A stretch of 64,000 nucleotides of DNA from Cycas panzhihuaensis (taxonomy: Eukaryota > Plantae > Cycadophyta), in the NCBI GenBank assembly GCA_023213395.1, contig CM041465.1:106957741-107021740 (forward strand). Direction: 5' to 3'. Each line of letters begins with the position of its first letter. Positions within the stretch are counted from its first letter, which is position 1. The translations under genes were made by a program, and so were the position numbers. The notes under the pieces are model-generated. The model searched no databases, had not been told where the DNA came from, and worked only from the letters and a program-made list of their open reading frames with translations. Below, in pieces: positions 41,701-54,289 of the stretch.

Positions 41701-44700
41701 AAAAGGTTTTATAAAAAATATTGCTCAAATTATCTTTGTTATGGTGTTTAGATTTAGGACATATTCCATGGCCTTATGTGTCTAATATATATTCAGAATA
41801 AATTTTGTTTATAATAAAGGGGATCATCAATTAAAAAATTTATTGGACATCCATGACGTTTATAAGTGTTTAATGTGATTATTCCGTCCTTTCTAGGTTT
41901 GAAAATGAAAGCAAGAAAGAGAGAGCAACTTACCCATTTATCATGAACTAAGTGAAGCCATCATTCTTCTAATCTTCACTTCCAACCCCTATTTAATTCT
42001 TATTTATTAATGTTGATGTTTCCCTTGAAATTTAATCACATTTACCATGCTTTTAGAAATGATAATGACCAAACACTTGAAGATTCATTTGTGAAAAAAA
42101 AAAATTGATTGCATTAACCTATATAATACTTGACACAGTAATAATGGATTAAAGGTGTTTGTACACAATCTCTCCATTAGAATGGTGTGCATTTTGAAAT
42201 GTTACTTTTAACATTCTCATGCTCATTTATGTAATATGCAGAGTTGTGCATTAAACATTTGATAACACCCATGAAAATATATTGCACTATTTATTCAAAA
42301 GACATTAAGAAACATACAAAAATGTGTGTTACCAATGGTGTCAAATGGTAGCATTAAATGTGAATTGAAGCATGCATTTAATTATTCATAGGAAGGTACT
42401 AAAACATTTGTTAAATGAATTGGAATATTTATTATTTAATTATGTTGAAATATGCAATATATTCTTAGAGAAAATTTATCCCCATAATAGGTTGCATAAA
42501 GTCGGGTTTTAGGAACTAACCAGTGCAAGTATTGCAAGCTAGACGTGAATTTCAACTAAGGTAAGAAGGTTGAATGTGTAGGTGCACGTTTGAGGTGTGA
42601 ATGCACAGAGATAGTGTGTTTACAATTCCCCCAAATCCATACAAACAAATTACTTATGCATCATTTGAAACCAATTAGTTTGGCCAAAATGACCCTAGGA
42701 TCCCAGCACTTGGTCACATGGGCACTACTATGACCAAGGCTATACGACATTACAAAGAAGCTATATTATGAATAATTTAATTAAAGGCCAAAATTGACTT
42801 GAAACTAATAAAAATGTGAATATGTGGTTCCCGAGGTTGACTCTTAAAAAACATCAAAAAGGCAATTAAATCCTATACATACAAAAATATGACCCCATAA
42901 TATTTTCTCTTGTAGCTATCATTGAGGAAGTTAAACATCACCGTCGTAAGGCTTACCATTGTCTTATTAAACTCTTGAAAGACTTCTGATGTAATTCCAC
43001 CACATTTCCTACATCCACATTGTTTGGAATTCTCATAAGCAATCATGCTTGGTGTAGTAACTTTATATACGAGAATTATAAGGCAAGTCCTCACCCCACA
43101 TGGTTTTTGTAGAAAGATCCCCAAACTATTTGAGTCGAATAGGGTTCTTTGAAGAGTACATTTGACAAGCTACTCTTGTATATATATGATGGATGCATGT
43201 TGTATAATGTTTTGATTGCCTTTTTGTTATTTGCATATAATATAGTTTCTCTTAGAGGTTGTAACAAATGCTTTGCCATCTTTTTCTGAGAACAAGAAGA
43301 ATTAGAAATGAATAAGATGATGGTTTTCAGTGCCTCCAAGGATGTTTTATCTAGATTGTTGCTCACCTTTCGGCGGTTGGAGATAGTTTCGTCTTTTACA
43401 TAATTAAGAATATCGGCATACTTTTTCATACATCTAACGACTTGGCCTCAATTTCATAAAGGATATGACTCACTTTCATTTCTAGAGAAGCAATGTTTTC
43501 AAATATATTTCCAAGATATATGTACAAAGCAACTGTCCTTTGATTCTCTAGCTGGGCCTATGGTTTTACATGAAGCAGAGATGTAAGAACCAAGTATGTC
43601 CTCCCTAGAATGGACAAGGATTGAGGGAGTGCAAATGCTATGCTTAGCATACATGTGATACACATGCAGAGTTTGGAGCACATCCCTTCAATCGGTGGCC
43701 ATACTTGGGATTGTTTTGCATTACACGGAAGGATAGGAGGATGGCGAGTCTAGTGTTCGAAAGGATAGATACCCATTTTGGCCCAAGATTCCTCACAATA
43801 TCTATCTCAAACAAACTCCAAGTACGGTATATTTAAGATCCATTGTATTGCGGATGATTGGGCTTTTACGTGATGAACTTCCACCCATAGTCCACCTTAG
43901 ATAACCCTAATCTCATTATCTGAGAAAGAGATTAATGTGGCCATAAGAAATGAACTTTACCAAGCATATCTCCGTGTTCCTTGGATTTCTCCACAGAGTA
44001 GCTTAGTCCTAAACTTTCTACCATGAGCATTTTCTCAAATTTACATATGTTACAATTGATCCACCATGGTATATATGCCTCTATATGTAGAATGGTTTAG
44101 TAGTTCCCATGGGGTAGTCCAAGTGTGCTCTCACCAATTTAGGGTAGAAGCCCGGCATTTTATTCTTTGAAATGAGAGGATTCACATGCTTTATTTGTCG
44201 GAACCAATGATGAAGATCATTTTATTTTTCGATGCCCGGTACACTATGAGATTAGGGACAAATTTTACTACTGTTTAGAGTCTCCATAGGATCCTCACCA
44301 ACTTCGACTTCTTACACAAGGCATAGGTGTGTTGCTCTTTTTCTCCAAAAGCGTTTTCAGAGAAAATGACTCTTGAATAATTGCAACCCCTCTAGTATGC
44401 GATTAATTATTACATCATTTTTGGCTCAATGACTATTGCATGAGGACAAATGCCCTTGATCTCTCAAGACAATCAGCGACAAAGATATCAAATGTTGTTC
44501 ACATACTCAAATCTCTAATCCACCTCACACACTTGCAATTTATAGCGGCCACCACATAAAGGGACAACGACTACGGACCAAGGTGTAAAGAGTCCAAAGG
44601 TTCATATCAAGGCAACTCTGCTAGGTCTCCTCTCGCACATTTTGCAAACTTCTACTAGTCCTTAATTAAAACCTTTGTAGACTTTGGCCTTCCATGTTGG

Positions 44701-46799
44701 GAAAAACACATCTTGGCATCAAAGGAATCACCCCTCAAGTCAGTAATAGTAATTCATCGATGACTCACTCAATGACTTTATACAATGGGTGATACGTAAC
44801 TTCGTGAGGAGTCGATGGAGAAGACGAGATCATTAGGGTTTCCATATCATGATAGAGGATGAGAGACACCTGTTGTATCAACCTTATCAAACTCTAGGAT
44901 CTCTCATGTAGAGATTACGGCATTCAAAGTAATCTATTGCTTTATTTGGCCAAGACATTGTTATTGTTATTGCTCATACATACATCAACTGGCGTCTTAG
45001 ACAAGCTTACAATGGAGATGCTCTACACACTCTATTGACTTAATTCGTGTATTACTTTATTTAGCCAATATATTGTTATTGTTATTGCTCATATGTGCAT
45101 CACTAGATGGTCTTAGATGGGTTTAGATTAGAGAAGTTACGCACACTCCCTATCCATGTATTGTATGCACGGGACATCTTTTCTCCGATACCATTATTTA
45201 TTTCGGTCATTTGAGAACATGAATATACTTCCATTTATATTTCTATTTCTATGTAGAGAATTGTTATTTTATTTTGTAGGTCTATATATTTCCGAATTTT
45301 CTTTATAACCTGTCATATTTTAAATTTTCTATGTAAAGCGGATCGATTTTGAATTAAAACACGGTATTTAAAAGTCGCCTCACAAAATATTGTGTGATGA
45401 TTTTGAAGTATCATGTAACTTGTGCCACTGTGAATTAACACTACACAGCTCTGTATACCCTACTTGCCTCCGCAAATAAGTTTTGGGCCAAATCTTCCAT
45501 GGAAATGTCAAATAGTATATTTCAATCCCCACTTTAGCAAAACATTTCCTCATGAAAATAAGCTTGCACTCAAAATCTTTTACGGGTTTCATTTTCAAGA
45601 ATGCCCGAAAACACAATTGCTCGATGTGAACATCCGCAATAGGAAATCCCAATACTTCACAACATACAAATGCACCTTAAAACGTTTTGAATGCTAATAG
45701 AAAGTCCATGTATAAATATACAACATCACCAACAAGTATCAACAACACAATTTTGCCTCTGAAAGGCGAAGGTGGAACATCTCTTTTCTAAGTCTTATTT
45801 ATTTATTTCAATGCGGCAGTGACTTCACTCTTTCTATGCCAAATTTTCAAATCAATACCAAGATAAGCAAGACTCTTGCTACACTTAAACGATCATGCTA
45901 ACTACAAAATGAATGGCCACATTACTCTCGAACAGTCTTTTTGCACAATTAAGTATTAACAGATTGCCTTGGTTTGAATCCAAACGACCTTATTCTTGCC
46001 TTTGTTTAATCTAACTTTTACGGTGAAGTAGATAAAAAGGATATATATGCTACAACTTCAAGTCTTCACGCATTGCCTTGTTACGAATCCAAGCCATCTT
46101 ACAACTGTTGAGTTTAATCTAACTTTTACAATTTGAAGCAGATAAAGAGGATATATGTGGTCTTGTTGCACACAACAACATCGCAGATTAGGACATCTAA
46201 TTTCCATAGCTTTTTTTTTTTTAATCAATGTCATTATTAAAGCATTAATATTTATACCACAAATCTCATACACAACAATATTTATACAAGCGGGTGGAGC
46301 AGAAGAATCCACATCCGAGTCTACTCCGAGGCTAAGCTAGCAAATCAACCCAAATAAGGGTCATATTTGTCGGAGGAACAAGCGATCTTGAAAAATCCAA
46401 AGAACAAGATAAATTGCAAGAGTTTGCAAGCGCAACTTAAAGCCTCTTCTATAATCATGTTGGGTGCAATAGCCACCTAACCACATCATAGTTATTTTAT
46501 TTGCACATTAAATCATCACAATATGAACGGAATTGGTCATCAAAGTGAAGGTCAAGAGAGGTCTCCCAAGTCTTGGCACCATGACTGCGTTCGGCTCTTT
46601 CACCATGTCATCGGTGCATTCTCTTGTGAGTAAATCGTATTACACTTACGCCAAGAAATGTTCATATAAGCCCCAAATCCAAACAAGGCCTCAAATCGAT
46701 GCAACTAGAGATATTCTTACAAATTTATGTAAGAACACTATAAAACTAGTCATTTTATAAGCAAGTGTTGAACACACTCTTCCAAGTCTTCTATCGTAT

Positions 46800-48180
46800 A
46801 CATGTTTGGACATGAATCGAGGGTGATAGGTGGAACCCTTAAGACATTTATGTTCCCATAAGTAAAAAGGATTGTCACAAGAGAGGGTTTGTATGGTCCA
46901 CTTGGCGGGAAGTTTGTGCGCTTAGTGATTCAATCGGCAATTGCATATTTCTCATCTAACCACTACCGGAGTTTGTCGGGCCACCTATAGGACTCATTTA
47001 ATCTAATCTAAAGTCAAATCCACAAATGAAACATTCAATAACTTGTTGGCTCGGGATAGGGAATGTTCGTTTGACAAATTTCTTAACTTCTTGTTTTTAT
47101 CCTCATACAAAAGCGGCATGATAAAATGGATTCTTATGTTCAAACATGTTTTCCCAAATCCTTTGTGACCCTTGATAGGGTGTGAATGGCAATCCCCATT
47201 CCAAATTCACAATTAGGCGGGATGAAAATTCGCCCTTCTCTGATAAATCCCTATTGATCTATGAAAAGGAGTGTTGTGCAAGAATGCATTCTTCCCATGC
47301 GCCTCTATTTATCTCTAAGCACTATGTTGTTCAAAGACAAAAACAAAGTATGTCACTGAATACGCTAAACTAGAAATCTAATGGTAGCAATCACTTAACA
47401 ACAAAAATTCCGGATAACACATACACCTTCTTGACTATGCCTTTGTATGTCCTAATGGTGCATTCGTCCTTGTTATGGTATTTTCCCATCTTTTCTATGT
47501 CCCATTAAGCAAGCACCAATTGGGTCGATGATACTTCAAAATTGGCGATCGGTTTGGGAAGTAATGTTACTTGTAGATGTTATCACTAAAACACAACATA
47601 TGGCGAACATCTATAGCTCTTAACCACTCACTTTGTCATCATTTTTGTTCTTGAAGCAAATGACTTTTTGGTTTCAATGACTAACCCCAATGACACTTCC
47701 AAGAACTCCGGTCTAATGGAAGTAACTCTCAAAAATTCTTGTTAGAATGAGGCTTCTTTGTGTGAAAGTCTCAAACAAATCATCTGAGGATGAAGCTAAC
47801 CAGAAAGGGCTCCATGTTGCAAGAGGTTCTTGGGTTAGATCAACTTTTGATTGCTCTAATGTTCCGTCTCATCAACTTTGAACTACTATTGCGGGCGTGC
47901 AAAGCCCCAAATAGTTTATTCTTTCTTAGCCAAATTGATGCGGCATGGACAACACACCTTGCTTTGAAAAAGCAATCTTCGATAATACCACATCATCGAA
48001 TAAGAGGATTACAAACTTTTTAATGAATAGTTCTCAAGTTGTTCCACAATTTGGAAGGTTGCAAATTCAATGGCACAACCTTGAAAGGTATGAACATAAT
48101 TTCATCTCCGTGTTGGTTTGAAAATCCATCTTGGGCACATGTCCTAACTCAACTCCCTAACCTCATGTCGATTCCATTGA
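46800..48180 (-). pseudogene. Degenerate, internally deleted Ty3/gypsy pol remnant
   Basis: Minus strand: PKMDFQT and LFIKKFVILLFDDVV (RT), LHNTPFHRSIG (integrase), KLPAKW/GPY (~46900). Confidence 0.6.
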
Positions 48181-48215
48181 CCCCTGATCACTGACCTCAC
48201 TGATTTTACTAACCC

Positions 48216-48425
48216 TGTAGTGGCCCAAGATGGCTAGGAAGCCAACCACACCATGTGGGTGTTAGCGAGTGTCTACTTATAAGGGTTCTGACCTTAGGAA
48301 TGGGCATCAAATATTTGTTCTTTGTATTATTACGCCCTCAGGCATCTCCATTTGGAGCCAATTTTTCTAGAACATGGTCCCGTTGTATCTTTGGAGTGGC
48401 GGGACCCCTACAATTGGTATCGAGC
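48216..48425 (+). repeat. Short LTR (48216-48412) plus Met-type PBS
   Basis: TGTAG...CTACA followed by at-TGGTATCGAGCC; partner LTR not found. Confidence 0.7.
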
Positions 48426-50234
48426 CAATTCTTTCCGGATCGATTACGGAGATAAATCATCTAATTTTCTTCCAGTCTTTTTTATCTTTTTTCCTTACAA
48501 ACTCAACACTCCTCTAGGTCCCTCATCCTTAAAATCCTTGGCCTCTACTCGATTTTGACCTAATTGCTTTCCCCGCATCCGTTGCAATCGTCGATTCGAA
48601 ACCCAAGCGCAGTGGCCTCCGTTTGCATTTCTTTCCACTCTTCTGACTTGTAGGTGTGAGATTCCCGGAAGAAGATCACGTTTGCACTCTGAGCGCATTT
48701 CCCTCTTCTTGCACTCACCTCGGACCTTGCTTCATCCCATTCTACCTTGTATTCGTTCTCATGCAGCGAACACAAGAAATACAATATAGGCATAGTTAAT
48801 GGTAAATTCAATTGAAGTACATGATGTGCCGCGGGGTTGATCCCTATCATGCCCATTCATCTTCGCACGAAAACAAAAACATGCTAACACTCAAAGGAGC
48901 CTCGCCAAATTGATATGCAAAAATGCACACCAATCACTAACGTAGATCAACTTGATTTTCCATAGTATGCTTATATTTATATTTCTTGTGAAGTTATAAA
49001 TCAAATATTAAATCTTCTTTTTTTTTTTTTTTTTTTTGAAGATGTTGAGTCTTGAGAGAGAATTAGTTTACGGTTTGTTGGAATTTGTCACCCTTTCCTC
49101 CCATTCACCCCTATAAATCCCTTAGGAGTCCAATTTGGAACATTTTTTACATCAAAATGTAGTACTAAGTGATGCTGCCCAACACCCACCTAGTCTAAAA
49201 TATAATAATGAAAAATATTTTCGTATAAATATTATAAAATTTATATTTTAAAATATCTTAGAGAAATTTTTTTATTAGAAATATTCTTTGACTTAAAATT
49301 TTATTCTTTCTTCCCTTTTTCATAACATATGAGCATTCAAACATTACATAACATTCAAGCATTCAGCCAAACTTCCATGTCTCATTAACCTAAACCTAGT
49401 TTATTAAACCCTTCCTAGCAATTAGTTGTAATTTATCAATAACCTCCTTTTAGCCGTAAGTTTAATCTAATTACTAATTTGATTTTTAAATTGTATGATA
49501 TTTGTCATTTTGTCAAACTAGTGTTAGGATACTATGCTTTAGATTATAGTATTTAATTTTTTACATCAAAATTTACCCTGAAGATAAGCTACAACTGTTT
49601 CCCGGCTATCGGGAATGGACTTGCGACACATCGACACAGGTTTGTGCAGGTATATGCCTTTACTTTGCTTACTTATGATCGTTGCGATGGTGGGAATGGT
49701 TTGATTGACATGTACTGTCCATATGCACTGTTTGATTGTTTGTTCATTATGCATGTGCTAACGGCACCTTTAGCCTATGACGACTCACGGTGAGGCATTC
49801 ATCGAATCGACACCGTATGGCGTACAACCACCCACACGTCTCCATGGTCTTTCGGGATGCTTTTGTCGGCTGTTTAGGCGTGTTCTGGCGTCTTAGCTTA
49901 TGTTGCAAACCCTTTCTAAGCTGGTTTAACCCTTAGTTAGGTCTTTTTGCCGTTTGAGCACATGCCCATGACCTAAAAGCGCTCTTGACTAATGTATTTT
50001 GAGTTTAACTTGTGATTTTACCTTAAAACCCGATTTCTTACTTTAATTTTACATTTTTGGGTTTCGGTTCCGTCTGCATGATAAATTAAGCGATGCTGCG
50101 GAGTTCGGGCGGTGCCAGTGCGTCTGCGCGATAAACTTAGCGATGCGCTAAGTTTATCGCCAGACGATCGCTTAAAATTTAAAAAAGAAACACGCGGCGA
50201 TGCCGCGATTTTTCGCGGGCTGCCGTGGCTCTCT

Positions 50235-52743
50235 AACGCTCTCCACGGCAATGATCCAGCGCTGGCGGGAAGGACACAACACCACGGGGCTAATAGGCTA
50301 AAGAACGAGGATCATACCTCGCGGGACGTCCGTCTTGTGGCCGAGCGCGGATGCAGGGCTGCAAGGTGCTGGTTGCTTCCGGTGGCCGTGCAGGCGAGAC
50401 CCTCCTACCCTTGGGATGGCGGAAGGGGAAAAGGAAACTTCGCCTTGGCTACTTCTCAAGGCAATGAGAAAGCGGCAAGGGGCAACCAACCAAAGCGTGT
50501 CACGGGCAAAATATATGCAAGAGCGGCTAAGGAGGGATCGGTCGAAGGATCTCAAATACCATAATACGGGGTATAGCAAAGAAATGTACAAGTAAAGTAA
50601 ATGCAGAGTAAAAAGCAAGTACAAAATAAATAGTTATTTCTTCCCCTTTTCTTATGTTCTTTAACTACTAAAGCAAGTGTAAAGGAAGCGTAAGAGCACG
50701 AAAAAAGAGTATGGAAGGTGAGCGGAGAATACCGGATCCGTGGTTGGTGAGGCAGCAGTGTCCGTCACAGTTGCGCTTCCTCCCGTCGTCCCTCTCGGTT
50801 GCAGCGGTGATGGGGATCACTTACCTCCCGAAAGCAAATAAACACTAACTAAAGCTGAAGCGATAGAAAATAAAGCTCAAGCGACATAAACAAAAGGGAG
50901 AACGTGCCAAACAAGCGTCGGCCGTGATGGGTCGACCCTATGCCCCTTTGTTTGAGACGCTCCTAAGCAAATAAGCGAATACCTTCCTCTCGAGAGAGGC
51001 TACGAGATCAAAAAGGTATGTATATATGTCATAAGTAAAATAAACTAAGCTAGGAAGATACGGTTAGGCACTAACATGCAATGAAAGGAAACGAAGTCAC
51101 ACGACACATATGCAATCGACATACACCACCAACGCACCAAGCGGATCGAGTGTAGCCTCGGGATGGCTAACTCACCCACGAGAGGTCTCCACAGGATATA
51201 AGGGAAGCGATGCTGGCATGTAACGGGACGGGTCGTGTAGCGGATAGCCTATACCAGGCCGGGTATTCAAACCGACTCTCCAAAGCTTCTCTAGCCCCGT
51301 TTCCTAAGCAAAAGCGGGAGATAAAGGGGGAGAGGATAAGGGACGGAACCCTTGGGGAGTGGGGCGGATGGGGGACGGAACCACTATCTCCCTCTAACCC
51401 TCGTGTAACCCTTTATGCCTTGGCTTGCCCAAGAAATGGCGAAAGAGAAGGGTTGGAGGAAAAGGATGGGTTTAGGGGGGCAAGTGAGAAACTAGGCCTA
51501 GCCTAGGGCAACACTCGATGGGCCACAACCGCTACTGATTATTTGCATCAAATGATCAAGGAAACTCAAGGAAATACATGCACAAAGAGAGGAAAAGATT
51601 TGCAAGTAAGCAATGAAGAAATAAGCAAAAAAAACACTCAACAAGGGACACCAAATACCTCCAATGATGAGAAATGAGAGCATGTAGGTCCTTGGAAGCT
51701 TGGTGCGGTCCAACCAATGCCTATGAGGTGTTGTTGCATGTCCCTTGCAAGAGAATAAGGTAGTGGAACCTCATGCAAGTCAAAAGCTTGGGAATGGCTC
51801 CTTGCGATGGTCTTTCTTGGTGAAAAATCCTCTTGAAAGCCTTGAGAATGTATGAAGAGGAAGAGTGCTTAGAGCAGACTCGTGAGGGGCGTGATGGCCT
51901 GCAACTCCGACAATAGCAGCCCTTTGTACCTCGATCCACAAATGTAGGAGGATGTCTCTTATCCTTTGTTTTGTTCTTTGTCTCTTTGTGAAGAAAATGC
52001 TCTAGGAAAGTTGAAAAGTGAGGTGAATAATGAAGCAAATGAATGAAAAAATGGTTTTTATGTCTTGAGTGAAGCAAGTGAGCGCTGGGGGCCCTCGGCG
52101 CCTCCAACAGATTAGAGCCACTGTGGCGATTCATGAAAAATCGCGGGCACTGTCGCGTGTTTCTTTAAATTTTAAGCGATCGTCTGCGCGATAAACTTAG
52201 CGATGCAGCTAAGTTTATCATGATGCCTTGATGCACTTTGGAACTCCATGATGCAAGCTTAATTTCTGCAGATGCAGAACCAAACAAAAATGTAAAATTA
52301 AAGTAAGAAATCGGTCTTTAAGGTAAAATCATAAGTTAAACTCAAAATACATTAGTCAAGAGCGGTTTTGGTCATGGGCATGTGCTCAGCGGTGCAAAAA
52401 GACCTAACTAAGGGTTAAACCGGGCTTAGAAAGGGTTTGCAACATAAGCGGCCGCGGTAACACGCATAAGCGGCGAAAGCATCCCGAAGACCATGGAGAC
52501 GTCGTGGGTGGTTGTCGCCATACGGGGTGTCGCATTCGATGAATGCCCCCGTGAGTCGTCATAGGCTAAAGGTGCGTTAGGCACATGCATAATGAACAAA
52601 CAATCAAGCAGTGCATATGGGCGGGCACATGTCAATCAAGCCATTCCCACCATCGCAGCGATCATGAGTAAGCAAAGTAAAGGCATATACCGCACAAACC
52701 ACGTGTCGACGTGTCGCAAGTCCATTCCCGATGGCGGGAAACA
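50235..52743 (-). repeat. 3' LTR of copy C
   Basis: Colinear with 57662-60199; begins TGTTTCCCG at 52743 on the minus strand. Confidence 0.9.
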
Positions 52744-53541
52744 CGCCTTATGGCGTGAGCCTCACCGCTCGAGGTGTAATGTGATGGCGAATCATCAACC
52801 AAGAAACATGAGTAGCACATGCATATATATATAAACAATAAAGAGCGACGTGATCCAAGGGTGTAGGCAAGTGTCGTGGCGAACGCGTGGACAAGGGGCG
52901 GCGAGGCGAGGACAACGTGAGGTCGCCACGTCGTCTAAACATCGACCTGAAACTGAAGTAAGCAGTACAACGGGATGCCCCCGTTGCCAAGGTGCAACGT
53001 GAAGTAAGAGGGCATCCAGCAAACAGGGCAAGCGCATCTAACTAACCAGCAACTAGAGACTTGGGCACGGGCTGGCCAGACAAGCCTCCACATGAAATGG
53101 TGTACCATGTATGGTAGAGGTAGCATGCATGATTTATTTTTGTAAATGGATATTTTTGAATGTTGTAAACGTAAATATGCTGTAAATATTTGTTTGTTTT
53201 AGAAATGTAAATGTGTAGATATGCAGATTTTTTTGTTGTAGATATCTTATTGAAAGTATGCAGGTGTTTCCTTCCATGTATGGCCATATGTCTAACAGGA
53301 GCACACACATCCACCGTGAGTAGAGGCGATCGAGAGGTGTGAGGTTAGAGGATGGGGCGACATACATGTCCACGAGGGAGCATAGCGGAATGTGCAAAGG
53401 AAACGACAAGCATGGAAAGGGATACGATACTCCACAGCGTCGTCCTAATTTGGGGAATGCCCAAAATAGGAAGACAGAGGTTCCCAAGAGCTCACGGGAA
53501 CGCGGGTTCCGCAGGAGGAGGCTGAAGCATCGAAGAAAAAT

Positions 53542-53877
53542 CCACCTTAAATTGCCATTCAACCCGCAGTTAGGAGGAATGGGGACAACCTAAGATGGTA
53601 GTTTAGGCTCGTTTCGGAGCAAGAATCCATCTCAAATTGCCATTCCACCCGTGGTTGGGAGGAATGGGAACAATCTAAAATGGTAGTTTAGGCTCGTTGC
53701 GGAGCAAGGGATCCATCTCAAATTGCCATTCCACCCGTGGTTGGGAGGAATGGGAACAATCTAAAATGGTAGTTTAGGCTCGTTGCGGAGCAAGGGATCC
53801 ATCTCAAATTGCCATTCCACCCGTGGTTGGGAGGAATGGGAACAATCTAAAATGGTAGTTTAGGCTCGTTGCGGAGC
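53542..53877 (-). repeat. Tandem array of four ~86-bp hairpin-forming units in the 3' UTR of copy C
   Basis: Period 86 (ggagc at 53701, 53787, 53873); three near-identical units and one diverged unit. Confidence 0.95.
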
Positions 53878-54289
53878 ATGAAGAGAGGAAGAGGTGTGCG
53901 TAGACCCCATAAAGGTAGGGGTAGTCACACGCAGGGTAGGAGATAGGTGACGAAGAGTAGGGCCAGTGTGGCTAGGTCTACCAGTAAACTTGCTATGGTC
54001 GGAACCAGATGAGTGCAACAGACTTGGCACACCAGGATGGCGTGGCAAGGTTGCATCCAAGTAGGAGTGGCTCTGGTCGGGGGTAAGGATCTAGAGCGTG
54101 AAGAAGAAGTGCCTCTGGTGGCTCATGGCCGTGGGCGCCACGTGAAACCGCCTGGGGCGAGAAAGTAAGATAAATGGCTGGTTTAAGACCGGCTCGGAGC
54201 CAATGTAGAATGAGGAAGGCGGGAATATCAGGTTGAGATATTCCCCAGGTGCTCATGAAACCGTGGTGACACGTCGAGGAGAGGGCCCA

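Noticed and set aside
36800-42800. Short ORFs as host genes or a DNA-transposon transposase
   Set aside because: No recognisable motifs, terminal inverted repeats or consistent exon structure.
53542-53877. CRISPR-like array or hammerhead ribozyme (retrozyme)
   Set aside because: No unique spacers or cas genes, eukaryotic context, and no CUGANGA...GAAA core found in the unit on either strand.
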